Source: Pocillopora damicornis (Eukaryota). From it: 64,000 bases of DNA. Positions within the stretch are counted from its first letter, which is position 1. Each line of letters opens with the position of its first letter. The notes under the pieces were generated by a model, which saw nothing but the letters and a program-made list of their open reading frames with translations, ran no database searches and was not told where the DNA came from. Below, one piece after another: positions 12,067 through 26,991 of this stretch. The DNA lies in NCBI RefSeq assembly GCF_003704095.1, contig NW_020844266.1, positions 558,001-622,000 on the forward strand, read 5' to 3'. The position numbers and the translations under genes are program-made.

Positions 12067-13627
12067 TAGGTTCTTCTGACAGGTTTGTCCATTAAAAAAT
12101 ACATGAATACAAACATGTACGATGCTCACCCAAGTGTAAAAATTATCTGAATATAAATCAACATGTAGATTACTTGCTATAAAATTTTCCATAAAGTTTA
12201 GGTAAGTGGTTAGCTTAAGCAGTACGCCATTTGCAAAGGGGAAAATTCTTGCCATGCCCTTTCACCCCTACATATTAAGTTTTTGGATCCGAAAATCCTC
12301 AAATTGAATAATATGATTCGTAAAAAACTGTAATTCCACATTTCAAATAGAAAGAGAATCATTTATAAAGCTAGATATCAAATAAAGATATCAATCCTTA
12401 ATAAATTTAAAACAAAACTAGCGCAGTGCTGGTTCCCGCCGTTGTGTGCCTTGCACTTCAGCGTCATTTCTCTGCTCTCAAGAAGCGGTTTAAACGAGAA
12501 TGCAGCGGTGTAAAAGGAATAGAAACGAGATACACACTTCCTGAAGTAATTAAAAGTGGTGTTGGAGCGAACAAAACAACTCAAACTTACCTAAATGAAG
12601 GAAGAAAGCAGAGTCTGATGCTCCGTGAGATGACAGGTAAACGAATTGCCGCAAAATACTGACGACGGCCCTATTCTCCTGGTCAGGTAAGCATATACCA
12701 TTTATACTGCGCTAGTACCCAGGGTCCCTCTCCTTTCAGAGCACAAATGCCACATGTTTATTCTTGGGCAACTATCGGGGAATGGTTTAGGGAGATTTTT
12801 AGGGGCTTCATGCAATACTGCCACAGCTAACGATAGGGAGTCAATCGATCGTGTAGTCTGATTTCTTAGGGAGGGAAGTCCCAATTATGCAGACGGGAGT
12901 AATCAACAAATTAAATTCGCCTTTAATCATTCAGAATTGCTCTGTTAACTTTTGCCAAGAGTCAGTTTTTGGCCACTGTTGCTTCCTCATACAATCATTG
13001 GTATCATTTAGAATTGGAAATTAGCTTTAAACATAACAGCCACTTCGATAAATCTATTCTCAACATATTTTCACCATGAAAAACTTTGGAAAATATATTT
13101 CTTCACACATACCATCTTACAACGATTAGGTTATGACACACCTATCTTGTTACATTTATAAGAGTGTGTTTGGAATGGGTAGGCAAACATCGTTTGGCTC
13201 ATTACACTCAGTACTTTTTACAATAACTGGATATGAGCTGGCACATCTCATTCGCAAATCGATGCCTCCTTTAAATAGATAACCTGATGGCATTTTTAGG
13301 TGGGAACATGCTTTAAGGTTACCTGGTACTCATATAACCATGGTTAGATGACACCCGTCCCTTGGGAAAAGACACCACTCAAGGTTTCACTACATTCTTA
13401 ATACTGAGGTGGAGCACTCTCCCTTAATTCTGCTACCCCCATAAACCTAACAATACACCTGAAGGTCAACTAGAGTAATGGCTTCGACTGCTAAACACAA
13501 ATACACGTTTTTCAACACTTTCTCAAGATCAAAACATGAAAAATTGAACCATTGATCGAAAAATAAATATAGCATTTATTACATAGTATTTCATATTTCT
13601 CTGCCGTAATATTTCCTCAATTAAGTC

Positions 13628-16600
13628 TCATCTGAACCTAATTAGTTCTTGAGTGGCAAATTTTCGCAAACTGTTAAACTCTACGTCCAAATGTTTCCTC
13701 CAAAAACGGCGATCACGACCCCAGACCTCGGCTGGATAACACGGGCTATCAATACCGTGAAATATTCGCGCAACAGCACGACCTGTAAAAGAGTGATCGT
13801 GGTGGACTCCTAGCAAGGCTCTAATATCACGTGCAATACCGTCCCAATTCACGTGATCTTCACGCGTGATACTGGAACGGATAACCCTTGAGGCTTTTCT
13901 GGCTTCTGCCAAAGTTGCAAGCTCCTCTTTTGTTTTGTCGTTGCAATCCTCAAAATAGCTTTTGACGATTCGTTTTAGCTGGTTATCAGCTTCATCGTCT
14001 ACGGCGTCAGCGCATTGCCAAAACTCCGAGAACGAAACGCTTTTCAGTGAGTCATAGACGAACTGGAGCTGTTGCAGTTGAGTTCTCTCTTCGGCCAGTA
14101 TGCGATCCTCGAGGAAATCGCAAATACTGTCACGCTCTGAGTCTGAGAGGTCCCCAGGCGCTCTAACATGTATGGACAAATCCGAGAACTCCACTAAGAT
14201 CCCGGATTGCCCCATGTTTGAAAGAGAATGTTCACGTGACAATGATGTGTTCCACTGAAGTGCTCTCAATTCACGACAAACTGGCGCCAGGTCCCAGCCC
14301 ATCTTGTCAGCCAACTCTACCACCGGGAAAGTTAATGTTCCTGATTTTTTGAAATTAGCAAGCGTTGTACTGGTGTGCGACACAGCAGCAGCAATTGGTG
14401 GAATTTTCTGCGCCACTTCCCTCAACTGTGCATGACCTCCGTAAAACTTCACCGTGCAGGTTGATTTGACGGGCTGCAGTACTTCTAGCCAGCGGGAAGG
14501 GTGCAACTCCAGGTAGCAGAGTAAAGTGGCAATGCTCTCTTCACGGAGGTCGAGCTCCTGAACAATGACATCTGTTACCATAGCGACCGGGTGACCACCA
14601 CATACACGATGAGCATTCACTTGATCAGCCGGCTGTAGATTATTGTCAGCGAATTCTGTGGATTTCGCGCTTGTATTGGATTCACTAGGAGGATTTGAGT
14701 CTAAAGTTCCTTTGACACTATTTTCAAGGCTGGGATGCTCGATATTGTTGTCTCCTAGAGGATCAATATCAGGCTCATCTAACTTCAGATTTAATTCACT
14801 TCCTTCTTCTCTTTCTATTTTTTGCCTCTCATCAGTATCCTCCCGCACTTCCAGCTCCCTCTGGTACTTTTGCTCAAAAGCTTGTAATTCAGCCTCCATG
14901 TTAGTATCTATGATGTTGTCATAATCTCCTTCTAGATCCAAATAGTCATTAGAATCACTCTTTACAGCAACCTGCTGCCGTTCTTTTTGTTGTCTCTGAA
15001 GTTCTCTACAATCACAACGTGGAAATGTCCTTTGGACCAGCTTCTTAAGAGAAGAGCGGTCCACTGTGTTGGCGTAAACGTGCCGACGAAGTTCGCACAT
15101 GTCTTTACCCTGTTGATTAAAGATAGGTTAAGACACAAATAGGTACAACCAAGTTATAAAAGTCCATTGCAGCTCCTACATCTTGCAAGCCCGAGGCTTC
15201 AGGCGACAAAAGTAACATTTTCTTCGGCCAGGCTCGTGATTACAGAAATAAGGCCCTTTAAGAACTTTGAGTCCAAAGACAAACACCACCCTTATAATAA
15301 AAGACGAGCAAAGACACTGGAAATTGATGTTAACTGGTAAAACAACACTCTGAGACAGATGGTTAACCGTCTGTCCAAGTGTTCAATTCCACGCTCTACT
15401 CACCTCGGGATCCAAAAACACGTGACAGTGCGACGGATTCCCGTCCCGTCCCGCACGGCCAATCTCCTGCACATAACTCTCAAAGCTGCGCGGTAAGTTA
15501 TAATGGATTATAGCTCGAACATCTGATTTATCCAGACCCATGCCAAATGCTACAGTCGCCACCACAATACGCAGCTGACCTGTCATGAAGCGCTTCTGGA
15601 CACGACGTCTTTGGGCGGCAGATAGTCCGGCATGGTAGCATTCGGCATCCCATTTGGGGACGGTCGCTTTGGCTGTCTTCTTCTTGCGTTTTCTAGGGTA
15701 AAGAAAATGCATGCCTGTTTGTAAAAAAAGATATCCTTACAAAGCCTTGAAAAGTTAACTCCACAAGCTACATAATTTGGAATTGACCACGAACCTTTGA
15801 AAGTACCTTTGAAAACCAAAAGTACGGTCCAAAACCAATAACAACGATTGATGGAAAAACCGTGTCAGTACCTATCGTTTCTTGTGGACACACTCCTTAA
15901 TTTCAACTGCAGAAGAAAAATCCTCACCCTTTGGATTTCGTTTTGGTCTTCCCAGGCTCCTCTGCATCTCCTTCGTCTACTGATTCTTCCAAGCCATTCC
16001 AGCCGGAAGCCAGCCTGGTGCTCTGTAAGCACGTGCGTAAGGTCGACGCCAGCTTCTCGGTCTGTTCTCGTCTAGTGCAGTAGATTATAATTGAATCACA
16101 GTGTAAAAAGCGGCGGCCTTGAAGCAACTGCAACAATGCCTGGAGGAATGCACATTAAGGGTCAAGAACGAACTCATGAGAAATCGAAGTAAAAGCACAC
16201 AACTGACTTTCAGGGCGGGCAAAAAGGAATAATCAAGTCACGATTGATTCTAGTCATGCAATCTTAGTGGTTGAGATGACAGACTAAGCCATCTAACACA
16301 ATGAGAGATCGCAGTCAAGAAAAACCAATGTAATTCTGGATCACTTCTAAAACAAAACTGGAAGAAGCTTTATCACTCTTTGGCATTCTTGGCTCCCATG
16401 CACGTTTGTAAATCATGTATTTGAGCTGTTTGTTTTTAGAAAAAATTCTCGGACATGGGGGGAGGGGGGATACACTTAAACGTCCACATTTAGCCCTTGA
16501 TTGACATGGCACACGCCTATTGAAGACTTCCTTTCAAGTCTTGGGTAAAAAAATGAAAGCAATTATTCTCTCTAAAAAAAAAGTTGATCAGAAACTCGAT

Positions 16601-19600
16601 TACAGAAAAGGTTCGAGTAGTATAAGAAAAGAAACTTCCGATATAGTTTGACGATAAAGATGTTCCTTTTGCACATGTCAAACATTTGTTACCTGGGTCT
16701 TATCAGTGTCGCATGACACAGACAAGAACAAGTTAGGTGGTACAGCTCCACCTCTGATCACAGCCTCAGGATCGTGTGCAATCCCAAGGTGCTCAGCGAC
16801 CGAGGCAGCCGTTGCACGTGTGGCAGTGGCTGTCAATCCCAGAAAACAACGCACACCGAACTTCTCCCGAAGGACCTTTGAAGTAAGGAACAATAAAATT
16901 ACTGCCGCAGTACAAACCCCTCACTTGGAAAGCTTTCCCGACCCTTAATAAAAATCATTATTTTCATCTTCCTATTACGATTACTAAATGGGGTCATGTT
17001 TGGGACTGGAGACTAAGAGCCAAAATAAATTTTCCCTCTGAAATGTTGCCCAGACTTAGTGAGCATTGTGCACACAGCAATAACATTTCTTTGACTGAAA
17101 CTGACTATACTTAAAATAGAAATAAGTACAAGCTAACAAAAGTAAATTTTGTACTGAGGTGTTACCTAGCCCAAAAAGAGTGACAGCAGAACCATCTCTT
17201 TTTTAAGTTTTTGATTTGGGATGAAGGAAAGGCTGGATTGAAGGGTGTGGGAAAGGGCAGATGAGAAGAGTGTTTACAACATGTCAGGCATGCCAAAACC
17301 ATGAAGGAAAATAACTGTTTACGATTTTATAGTACATGTACCCGCTAGAGCAAATTCATCTATTCAGACACATCCCATCTTTAACTCCCTCACATAAAAA
17401 GCCATTTAAGTTTTATTTCAGAAACTAAATGGAGAACGAAAAAGTACTGAACAGTTTTCCAGGGTGAAAGTTACATTTGGCACAGTGAAAAACCACATCA
17501 CAAGAATACCATGAACTTGATCTTACCTATTAAGTGCAAGATCATGAACATAGTACATTTGTGAAGTGGCAATATATTGCAATGAAGTTCCCACCAGGAC
17601 TCTGCTATGGACCGCAAGTTGCTTAGTTTCCTTTTAAAGAATAAAGTACTTCTGGTGCTAACTTCAAACATCCACACGTTTGTTCAACTTAAACCTTTAA
17701 CTCCCAAAATTTGATTGTTAATTCTCCTCTCTGGCTACTACATATTTCCTTGTAAATTAGTTACAAGAGTTTGATGTGTGATCAAGATAACAGCCTCTAA
17801 CTGATAAATTTTAGCATTTTCATTATTTTCCTGTTTGCTGGATAATGTATGAATATTATGGGGAGAAGTTACTTATTGATCACTTCTGAGAGTTAAGGGT
17901 TCACATGCTCGAGGCTACATGTTCAAGGTTACTAGATTCTCAGGATGAACCAAACATAGCAATTGACAAAAAAGTTATAACTAATTAAATCAACGAAATG
18001 ACAAGAATTCAACCCAATAATAATAATAATTATCACAAGCAAGTTCAGATTGTGGCTGATCTTTTTAAAACACACCTTGCAAACTCTAAGGTAAGAAGGC
18101 CGAAAGTTGTGTGACCACTCAGAAACACAGTGAGCTTCATCTATGCAAGCGAAAGCAATCTGTGGTAGCTGTGAAACAGAAGGAAGGCACCCATTTCCCG
18201 AACCCCCTCCTACCAGGGCCTCAGGGGAGAGAAGTAGGACAGACACCTTACCAGAGCACAGGTCTTCTACTACCTTCTGACGTTGGGCTTTAGTGAGGTT
18301 TGTGTGAAGGCAGGCACCTTTTAATCCATGAGGAAGACCAGTAATCTGATAATTAAAAAATGTTTTTATTGTAGTATCCAATCAATGTCAGTATCTGGGC
18401 AACTGCACATAATTGACAACTGTTGGGTTTGGGTAGGGGTAGATGCCCAGTTGCTCAGATACTTACACTGATCTGTAGTATCATCAGTAAAAACTAAAAT
18501 CGTCATCCTTATCTATATTGACAGTCACAGAGATTTACCTGTAATACTATCAAGTGTGGACAAATTTTTGATAAGTTAACATATCTTGATTAAAAAAAAA
18601 AACAATTAATGACTAGATTTTAATTAGAATTTAATAGGATGATGTGTGGAATCAATACCTGATCTTCCATAAGAGAGACAAGAGGTGAAATAACTAGTGT
18701 TAAACATGATGAGCGTTGGGCATACATAAAAGCAGGAAGTTGATAACAAAGAGATTTTCCAGCTCCAGTTGAGAGCACCACAAGAGACGACATCCCTGGA
18801 ATAACAACAAAAGATATCATAACATATAATCAACATCAAGATTCAACCATGTAATAAATGTTAAATAAAATATTGTACACACATTAAAGTACTGTACATT
18901 AAAAACTAAGTAAAAATAGAATTAATAACAAAAATAAGTAATTTAAGAGAAAAGGTTCATTGCAATCTATTGTGCATCACTACCATGACAAGAAATTAGA
19001 AGGAGCTCTAAACTTACCGCATAGGATTCTCATGACAGCTTCCTGTTGTCCTGATCGGAATGATGAAAATCCCAATTTCTCCAAAGAAGACAACACTTCA
19101 TTTGTTGTATCTGAAATGAAAATCATAGTGTTGACACAATATCATTTGGTCAATAGTCAAACTGTTTGGCTTTCTAGAGCTGATCAAAGGCTAATACTAA
19201 GTGTAGGGTTAAGTGAATTTAGGATAGTTAGGAAATAAGTTACTTGAACTTAAACTGCAGCTTTGTGGCAGCAATTTTTGAGGCTACTGAATTCCTTACT
19301 ATCTTTTCATAAAACAAATGGATCTAACTAGTCAAGTTCTACTTACCAACAGGTTTTCCATCCACTGGCTGATAGAATGGCTCCACTGCTGGGGGAGGGG
19401 TGGGTGGCATGACCACTGGCCTTGGAAGTTTATGAGGTAAGATGGCAAGATTTTCACCCTGTGGTACATCATCCCTATGAATTCCTGCAGCCATTAAGGC
19501 AGCTTCTTCTATAGAGGGCAGTGGCTCAAATTCATCCATATCAATGCCATCATTCTCTTGATCACTTAACAAAACAAAAAACAAGATGATCAAATTAACA

Positions 19601-22600
19601 GAATAGTTTGTAACCTATCTGTGGATTTTACCTTATAATTTCCTTAAAAATCTAGCTTTACAAAATAATTCCTTCTTGCAATTCAAAGACCCTCCTTATG
19701 GCTTGAGAAGCAAATATATCGGTTTTCAGGCGGCAAATGACATGCTTTTAATTATTTACTTACTGTAGCCTTGTAGATACTTTTGCAACATTGACTACTT
19801 AGTCTAATGTTTCTGTCATCCCCTACTACAAATATTTGTTATTTCTGGTTTCAAATAGGAGGCCCCTCCTTAAGCATACTTTGTTGAACTGTCATGGAAC
19901 ACTACTTGTCTATGGATGCTATTTACTCACAGGTTTTCACAGAATACTATTTACCAACAGATACCTACATAATTAAATACATGTAACCAACAAATGATAC
20001 ATGTAATTGTAAAGCAATTAAAGAGTGATGCATAAAATTTTGGCAACAATGCAAAAAATATTGTCTTATATGCCACCTTCTCCAAGATAATATGGTTAAG
20101 GGATTTAAAACTTCTCAAAATTGGCATTTTAAGAAGTAGTGGTAAACTTTGGGTGAGGTTTGAAAAAAGGGTGTCTCCTCTGCAATTCCTTTGAGTGATC
20201 TCCCATGGTTTGGATCAGTTTGTAATACTTGAGAACAGATTTGTAAGAAATTGTTGCTTGGCAAACTTACCTATTTTCCATTTTAGGCCCTGCTTGAGAT
20301 TTCTTAGGGCCTCTGCAGTTCTTAGCCCAATGACCCTCTTGTCCACACTTGAAACAAGTTCCAGATCTTCCACCCCTTCCACTTTGTCCCTTGCTTGACC
20401 AACTTTTCTGTGGAACAAATTCACCCCGTGATTTCATGATCTGCTTCCATGCTCTTCTCTTGTGTGCAGATCCACTGATACCACCTCCACGTCGTCTATA
20501 AGAACGGTGCTTCATGTTGAGCTTCTGGAAATTGTCACTGACAAGGCCTGATGACACCCTAATAAATTATTCAAAAATTGTTATGAGACAATCTTACTTT
20601 CTTCAAACTAATTTAATATCACATGCTGACTTAAATGTTGCACTTTCTTGGAAGACAACATCACTTCTCAACAAAGCTTCGTTGTTTGACATCTTAAAAA
20701 AAACAATCCAACACAGGGGAAATGGCAGGCTTTTGCTACAAAGCATTTAAATTCCCAAAATCCATTCCTCTATCTCAACTAATGTTGCACCCCTCTTGGG
20801 AAAGAAAGAAAACTTAAAATTATCTTAAAGAAGAGCACAACCTACTTTACTTTAGCAGTTCTGAGTGGCAGCTCTGGTTCAGCTGCTATGTTTGACAGAT
20901 TCTTCTCTTCGTCTTCCCTGCAATACCAATTCATTATTCCAATTGAGTTGCTATACTACCATAGAGAGACTTATAGTAGAGAGATTTACATTTTTCTGAC
21001 CCATTGCAATATTTTCTTGCATACAAGTGTGCTTTAGGAAATCACTGACTTGTTGACAGAATTTTTCAGATGTGTAAAATCTAAATTTGCTGCAAAGCTA
21101 CAGACTTTATCTTCAATAGAAGGAATATAATAAAAAAGAAAATACAACCTTCATTGTAGATGTTGCGCATGTCAAAAAATTGTGTACAAAATTACCATTT
21201 GCTTTCTTCATGGACTTGTTCTTCATGATCATTTTCACATCTCAACTTCTTGTGAGGTTTCTCCAATTCAAAGGTTCTTTCATCAGCCTTTCTTTTATGG
21301 TTTGAAATTTCTTGAGAAGCTTCCCCAGTTATTTCTAGTGGATCAGTTTTCATTCCCATCTGATCTGACTCAAAAGGATCAGCAACAGATACAGACCCAG
21401 TCAGACATTTTTCCTGTGACGTCTGAGGCAAATCCCTGACCTTCAAATGTTGTTTTGCATTTGGGTGTGTTTTATTTTCCCTGTCTTTGTATTTTGATGC
21501 AACAGTCTTATCATCCACCTTGTTACTACTCTCCTGAACACTCCACTTCTTGTCTGCCTTAAATCCTGTTCCAGGAGACATCTTCCTTCCTATGCTATCT
21601 TTTGCAACACCCGTATTCTTTTGAGTTTCCAGATCAATCTCAGGAAGAGAACCAACATTTATTTCATTTTGTCTAGCAAAAGTACAGTTTTCTTTATCCA
21701 AGACCTTTTCTATAGCAATGTTTGCTTGCTCATTGGAGGGAATGTTTTCTGATTCAAACAAATTCTCTTGTAATTCATCCAAGTTCAACACTTGATGGTC
21801 TTCATTTGGGGGCAACTCAGGTTTACATTTTTGAAGCCATACTGAGGAAATTGCTCCCCTTTTCTTGAATCTCACATTTCTTGATTGATGATTAGGAAGC
21901 AGGAAGCTTGAACTGCACATAATAATAAATTTAAGTTCATCAACAAAACATGTGTAAATCCTGAATGTCAGTCAATTACCCAGATCAAAACTTGAAATGA
22001 GATAAACAAATTATTTACCCAGTTCTTTTCTGTGTTAAAGACTTCAAAGTATGCTCTGAGGTATCGACCACTCTAACATCTTGCAAGTTACTTTCCAAAT
22101 TTATCAATGTGGTTGCCTCTTTCTCTGTACTTTCACATTGTTTGACATCTAAAACATCCTGAAAAGTGCAAAATAATAGACCAATAAATATCTACATTAA
22201 CAAAACATCCACATAGCCAAATGCATGGAACATTTCACCTTTAAAGTTGTAATGAGGGCTGACAAGTTTCATTTGTGCAGAAATCATATTGGTAACATAA
22301 GAAACTCATTAAAATGTTGTTTAATGATTTAGTAGTACTACACATTGATTTTATGGTCAAGATGTAAAGCGATCCAACAAACCTTATCTACATTATCCTC
22401 TGTTGCTTTTTCTTTTGTTGGTGATTTATCAGCTCTTTTCTTAGGCCTCTGTCCATGACATAATCTGACAGGTGTAATGTCAGCCCATTCCTTTGCATGG
22501 AATGGAATTGTAGAAAGCTTTAAATCTGCCTTTTTCTTGTTTAAATTCTTGCCAAAAACTTCCTCACTGTCATCCTGGAATCATTCAGTCAGAGACAACA

Positions 22601-24468
22601 GATGAGAAATGAATGATGTCCTTAAAAACACAGAGAGCGAACTCCTTAGATAACATTGGGAAAAGACTTAGTAATTGTGTGTTTGCAACAGTTTGCAATG
22701 TAACTTGATAATATTTGTGCATGTATTCATTTTCACCCAAAAAGCATCTTGTTTTTGCCATAGTTAGCCTTGTAGGTCTTCTTTCTTATTGCAAAGGTCT
22801 TTCTAGGTCCCTAACATATTCTATCCTGAAGTACAGTATTTATGCTATAAACAAACATAACTTGAGCCAAGCTTAATCATTACATGTATTTCGTCACTGT
22901 GCCACTCCTAAAGCAGAAAAAGCTAAATTGACTTTGCCAACTAAAAATTATTTTTAAATTTTAAATCAAAACTATAAAAGTACTTTACATCAGGTTAACA
23001 AATCATCTAAAAAATAATATGTAACAACAAATTCTCTGAAAACAGTCTCAATAGTTAAACACCTGTTGGCATTCTACAGTCTCTCTCTTCAACAATGATT
23101 CTTTCAGTGTTCTGTATCTTTTGTAAGACTCTGCGAGAAATGAAGGTAGAGACTATATTAAGGCATCCTCTCATCACAAAGCAAGTTTATTTGGCTGCTG
23201 TTTGATGAGGATCAGGATGATTCCAAGATTTGTCAGACTCAAACTTTGTGATACATAAAGACTGGGACAGATAACACAGTCTTGACATTATATTTCTCCC
23301 CTTCATACATAAACTGCATGTAATAGAATTATTATCACCTATTCTATTTTTGAAAGGTGTGACATTACTTTTACATTGACAACATTTATGAGCTTTGTAA
23401 TTCACAGGACAAAATTACTAAATGCTGATTATCAGAGAAAGAGAGAGAGAAAAGACTTTTTGCTAATTTTGGTAAATAACAAGTGCAAAATTACTTGAAA
23501 TTGAAATAATCAAAAAAGGCTCAACTTTCGTCATTGATGACAAATATATTTTTAGCAGAGTCAGTTTCATTGCTTTTGCATAGTTGTACAAAAGTAAATT
23601 TTCATTCAGCTGATTTGCATGTTCTACAGTTCATTGACAATAACTGATCACTGAAATGGCTTCCTACAAAATTGTGCAACAATGTGACTTTTTACCTTTT
23701 TATTTAATTAAAATCGGTAATCAAAGTTTTCATGTTAAATTAAGAATGAATATCACTGGGTTTTCAGAAGTTGCAGAAATCCCTCTTGTCTAGCATTCCT
23801 ACAATTCCTGCAAACAAAAGTGATATTCATCCTTAATTTTACACAGCCCCATCCAAATACATGAACCTAAATAAATAGAAGGTTTTAAAAATAATGAGCT
23901 GGTAAAACAAAACATTCAAACAAAAAAAGAGTAGAAAGTTTTATAATACTCTTAGAGGAACTAGATTAAGGAGATATAAGTAAGAAACTCCTGTTTTGTT
24001 ACTTTTCAGAAATAACTGACTTATTTGATGAGCTTCAAAAGCTACCTCACTGTTGTCTATGGTAAAATGAAACCAACCGTACACTATACTCCCAATTAAC
24101 TGTGAGTTTATTTACATCTACAAAAGCTTAAATGTACCTCGTATTTCTTCTGAACCAGTGCTGATATCATCCTGTATAAAAGAACAAAATTGGTACTCTT
24201 AATCAAAAGGAACAAGGCAAGGAAAATGCTATAATCAAGTGAAAGTTCGTGTTGAAATAGACTGCAAAACAAACAATTGCTTTGAAATTGCCGACGCTCT
24301 CATACATAAATACCTCGCGTTCGTAAGGAAATCAGCCGATTATTTGCACAACAGTAACGAGTGTAGAAATCAAATTCATCATACCTTGCTGGGCTTACGG
24401 CCATGGGTTCGTTCAAACATATTTTCCCAGCATTTTAGCTCTTGTTTGAGCGACGACAGTTCTCTCAT
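13628..24468 (-). CDS. RECQL4: ATP-dependent DNA helicase Q4 (RECQL4), complete multi-exon gene (~16 coding exons)
   Basis: Exons 24385-24468, 24138-24171 and 23063-23130 splice to [49 protein letters not shown] (Sld2-like N-terminus). Also [11 protein letters not shown] and a CCHC knuckle [14 protein letters not shown] (~20267-20557); motif [15 protein letters not shown] (~18659-18796); [19 protein letters not shown] (~18076-18345); LGLTATAT (~16694-16877); [10 protein letters not shown]; [16 protein letters not shown] and [12 protein letters not shown] (~15405-15696). Last exon 13628-15109 has LLCYLELHP and [27 protein letters not shown]. Internal exon boundaries are approximate. Confidence 0.95.
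17689..17902. mobile_element. piggyBac-type MITE copy (degenerate) in a RECQL4 intron
   Basis: Ends ttaaacctttaactccc...gagagttaagggttca; related to the cleaner copy at 63578-63789. Confidence 0.65.
18378..18474. mobile_element. Small MITE with terminal inverted repeats (same family as 55193-55332)
   Basis: atcaatgtcagtatctgggcaactg ... cagttgctcagatacttacactgat are imperfect inverted repeats. Confidence 0.6.
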
Positions 24469-24658
24469 GGCTTCTAGATATACATGTAAGAGAAAATCCA
24501 CACCGTGTTACATGGAAGCCATGTCCAAACTTTAAATTATCATTTTACTCACTTGAACCAATCATGCCGTTGGAGTTCTACTGTCTGTAGATCTCCAAAG
24601 TCTTGGTTAAAAACGAAGGATCTATCCGAAAACACAATGGTTCGTTACTTTCACTATC

Positions 24659-24666
24659 TTCCCGCC
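24659..24666. promoter_or_regulatory. Candidate E2F site upstream of RECQL4
   Basis: TTCCCGCC in a CpG-rich patch ~190 bp upstream of the ATG, just beyond a probable 5'UTR exon (minus-strand donor |gtgagt at ~24552; acceptor tatctag| at ~24474). Confidence 0.35.
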
Positions 24667-25977
24667 ACGCTACGCGTGTAGGTACTGGGACTAGTGTCAG
24701 ACCTTCCCATTCTGAGGGAGCACCAAGAGATTGGAAACCATAGCCTGTCTAGTCTCGACAACTGTCTTGGCAAATAGGAATACCAAATTCTTATGCAAAC
24801 AATGAAGTGATGAATTTGAGGCTCTTTCTCTTTTTTTCAAATAGGAAACAAATTTATACAGATGACAGTTCAGAAAAGTTGGCGTATTCACAACAAGAGT
24901 GACTACTCAAGGCGATCTGCGTCACTGTTCTGGGACAATAACCAACTCAAACCTTCTGTTATCGTGTACTGAGTCAGTCAACTTAAACGGCCTACAGAAA
25001 TCTACACTCGCACCGGCCGTAACGTTTATCAGTTTGTTACGAAAATTAAAAATGAATCAATTTAAGATTTTTTGACGATGTAGCATCTTAAATTGATTTT
25101 CAGCCGGAGTCAGGCTCAGCACGGTACACAACCTGAGATCAAGCGTTCCTTTTTTAGAAAGTCCGCCCACTTTTTGGCGGCTGAGTTAAGCGCTCCCTTT
25201 AAAAAAAGACAAAATAAATAACGCCATATCGAAGGTTTCAAGCCATAATGAAAGCTTAGCAGATCTATCCATCATCAGTACCAGCCTATAATGAACGAGT
25301 AGATCATTGGAGGGATTTGCTCTTATCGTCACTTGAAACAGGTATGGAAGTTGAGCGATGGAGCAACATCGACCATGTAACATTACATTTAAAGGCTTCG
25401 TGATATTCTACCAAACCATTATTTGTAAGGATCACGCTAAAGATAAGTAATGAGGTGTAAGACAGAATCCTGAGTGCACTAACTCCCATGGTAGGAGTAG
25501 GGGTACCCTTCCACGAGTCTCGTAGCCAGACCTTTTAAGGCCAAGCGGTTGTTACATTTCTGTTACACTTACACGGTAGGATCTGGGTACGAGATTGCCC
25601 CCCAACTATACAGAGTATACCACAGAATGGAAACACTTGATTTTTAACTACTCTGCACAGTGCAATGACTGATAGGCCTTTGAAACGAATATTTTGCCGG
25701 AATATTTTAATTCCATACAGCTTGGTGTGGGTTAAATAGTAAATAGTTACATGTGCAAATGTGCCTAAGCTTGACACATAGAGACTATGCGACAACTAGG
25801 CTAGAGATTACACTATGGCTAGGCATTCATACAGCAATGAAAGCACCAACCACGCGGAATGTTTCTTAAATGTTATTTTAGTGCGCGTTTTTAGCTAGCT
25901 CATCGATGTATCTGGAGCAATTCGTTCTTACAACAATGGCTAAGTAATCGAACCGAATCGCTTTTTTAATCTTTAAG

Positions 25978-26952
25978 TTATGTGTATACAGAAGGTGGTC
26001 GCATCAATTCATCCAACACCTGGGCTAACTGGGCGCTCTTGTAGCTACCCTCACTTCTCTTTTCCTTCTCTGCTGCTGATTCGTTCCTTCTGGATGAGAT
26101 TTGCTCGTTGCTTTTGCCCCTGTGCGCATTTTCTTTTACACTGCCACCACTGAGATTGCGAGAGGCACCAGTTACCAAGCCTTCAGCGTACCACTTGACA
26201 GGTTCAGACCCCGTGCCTTTTTTTTCACCTGATCGAAGAAAGAAATCTCTCTTTTGGATATTGGGGTCAACTCTCTCCCTTCTTGCGGTCCGTGTTGGTA
26301 AAATGACCCCTGAGACATCAGGAATACATTCATGCCACACCTTTAGATACTTAGACGAGCTCGGAACACTCTGAAAGAATGGCGCACTTGCCTGCACATC
26401 GCAATGTTGTTGTTTTGCGCAGCGTTTCCTTATTTGGTCGGTCACATGACTTGGATCTGGGACATTTGTGTTAGGTGTAGAGGTAGATGAATCGGCAGGT
26501 GCAGAGCTGGTGCATGTCACAGAGTTACCCTTTCCCCACCGAGCTTGAGTTACTTTCACTCGTTTGCCAGGACTGCATTGTAATAACGCACGGTCGCCAA
26601 CACACATGACGGTCACGTTCTGCGAAGTCAGGTCAACAAAACTGTTATTTCTCCCACTCTTTAAAAATTTTCCGTTTTGGTTCTTTAAGAATAGACACTA
26701 GTTTATACAATTAAGCTGCCAGAGAACTTCAATTCAGTGATAAAATGGGAGTTCGGGTGCAACGTGGTCGGCACAATTTTCCAATCGAACGCTGATAAAC
26801 TTTTCATAAATTAATCTTCACCAGAATTCCCTAGACGGCTATTCACTACTGTGTTCTTAGAAACTTTATGTCTGTCATCTTAACAGCAATGCAAATATTT
26901 CGTACGTTACTGCTATATGTGAATAGAAGTACCTTAAGTGACTAAAGGGGAA

Positions 26953-26991
<39 letters not shown>

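Noticed and set aside
11956-12255. Poly-Met protein ORF
   Set aside because: Artefact of the (ATC)n microsatellite read on the minus strand.
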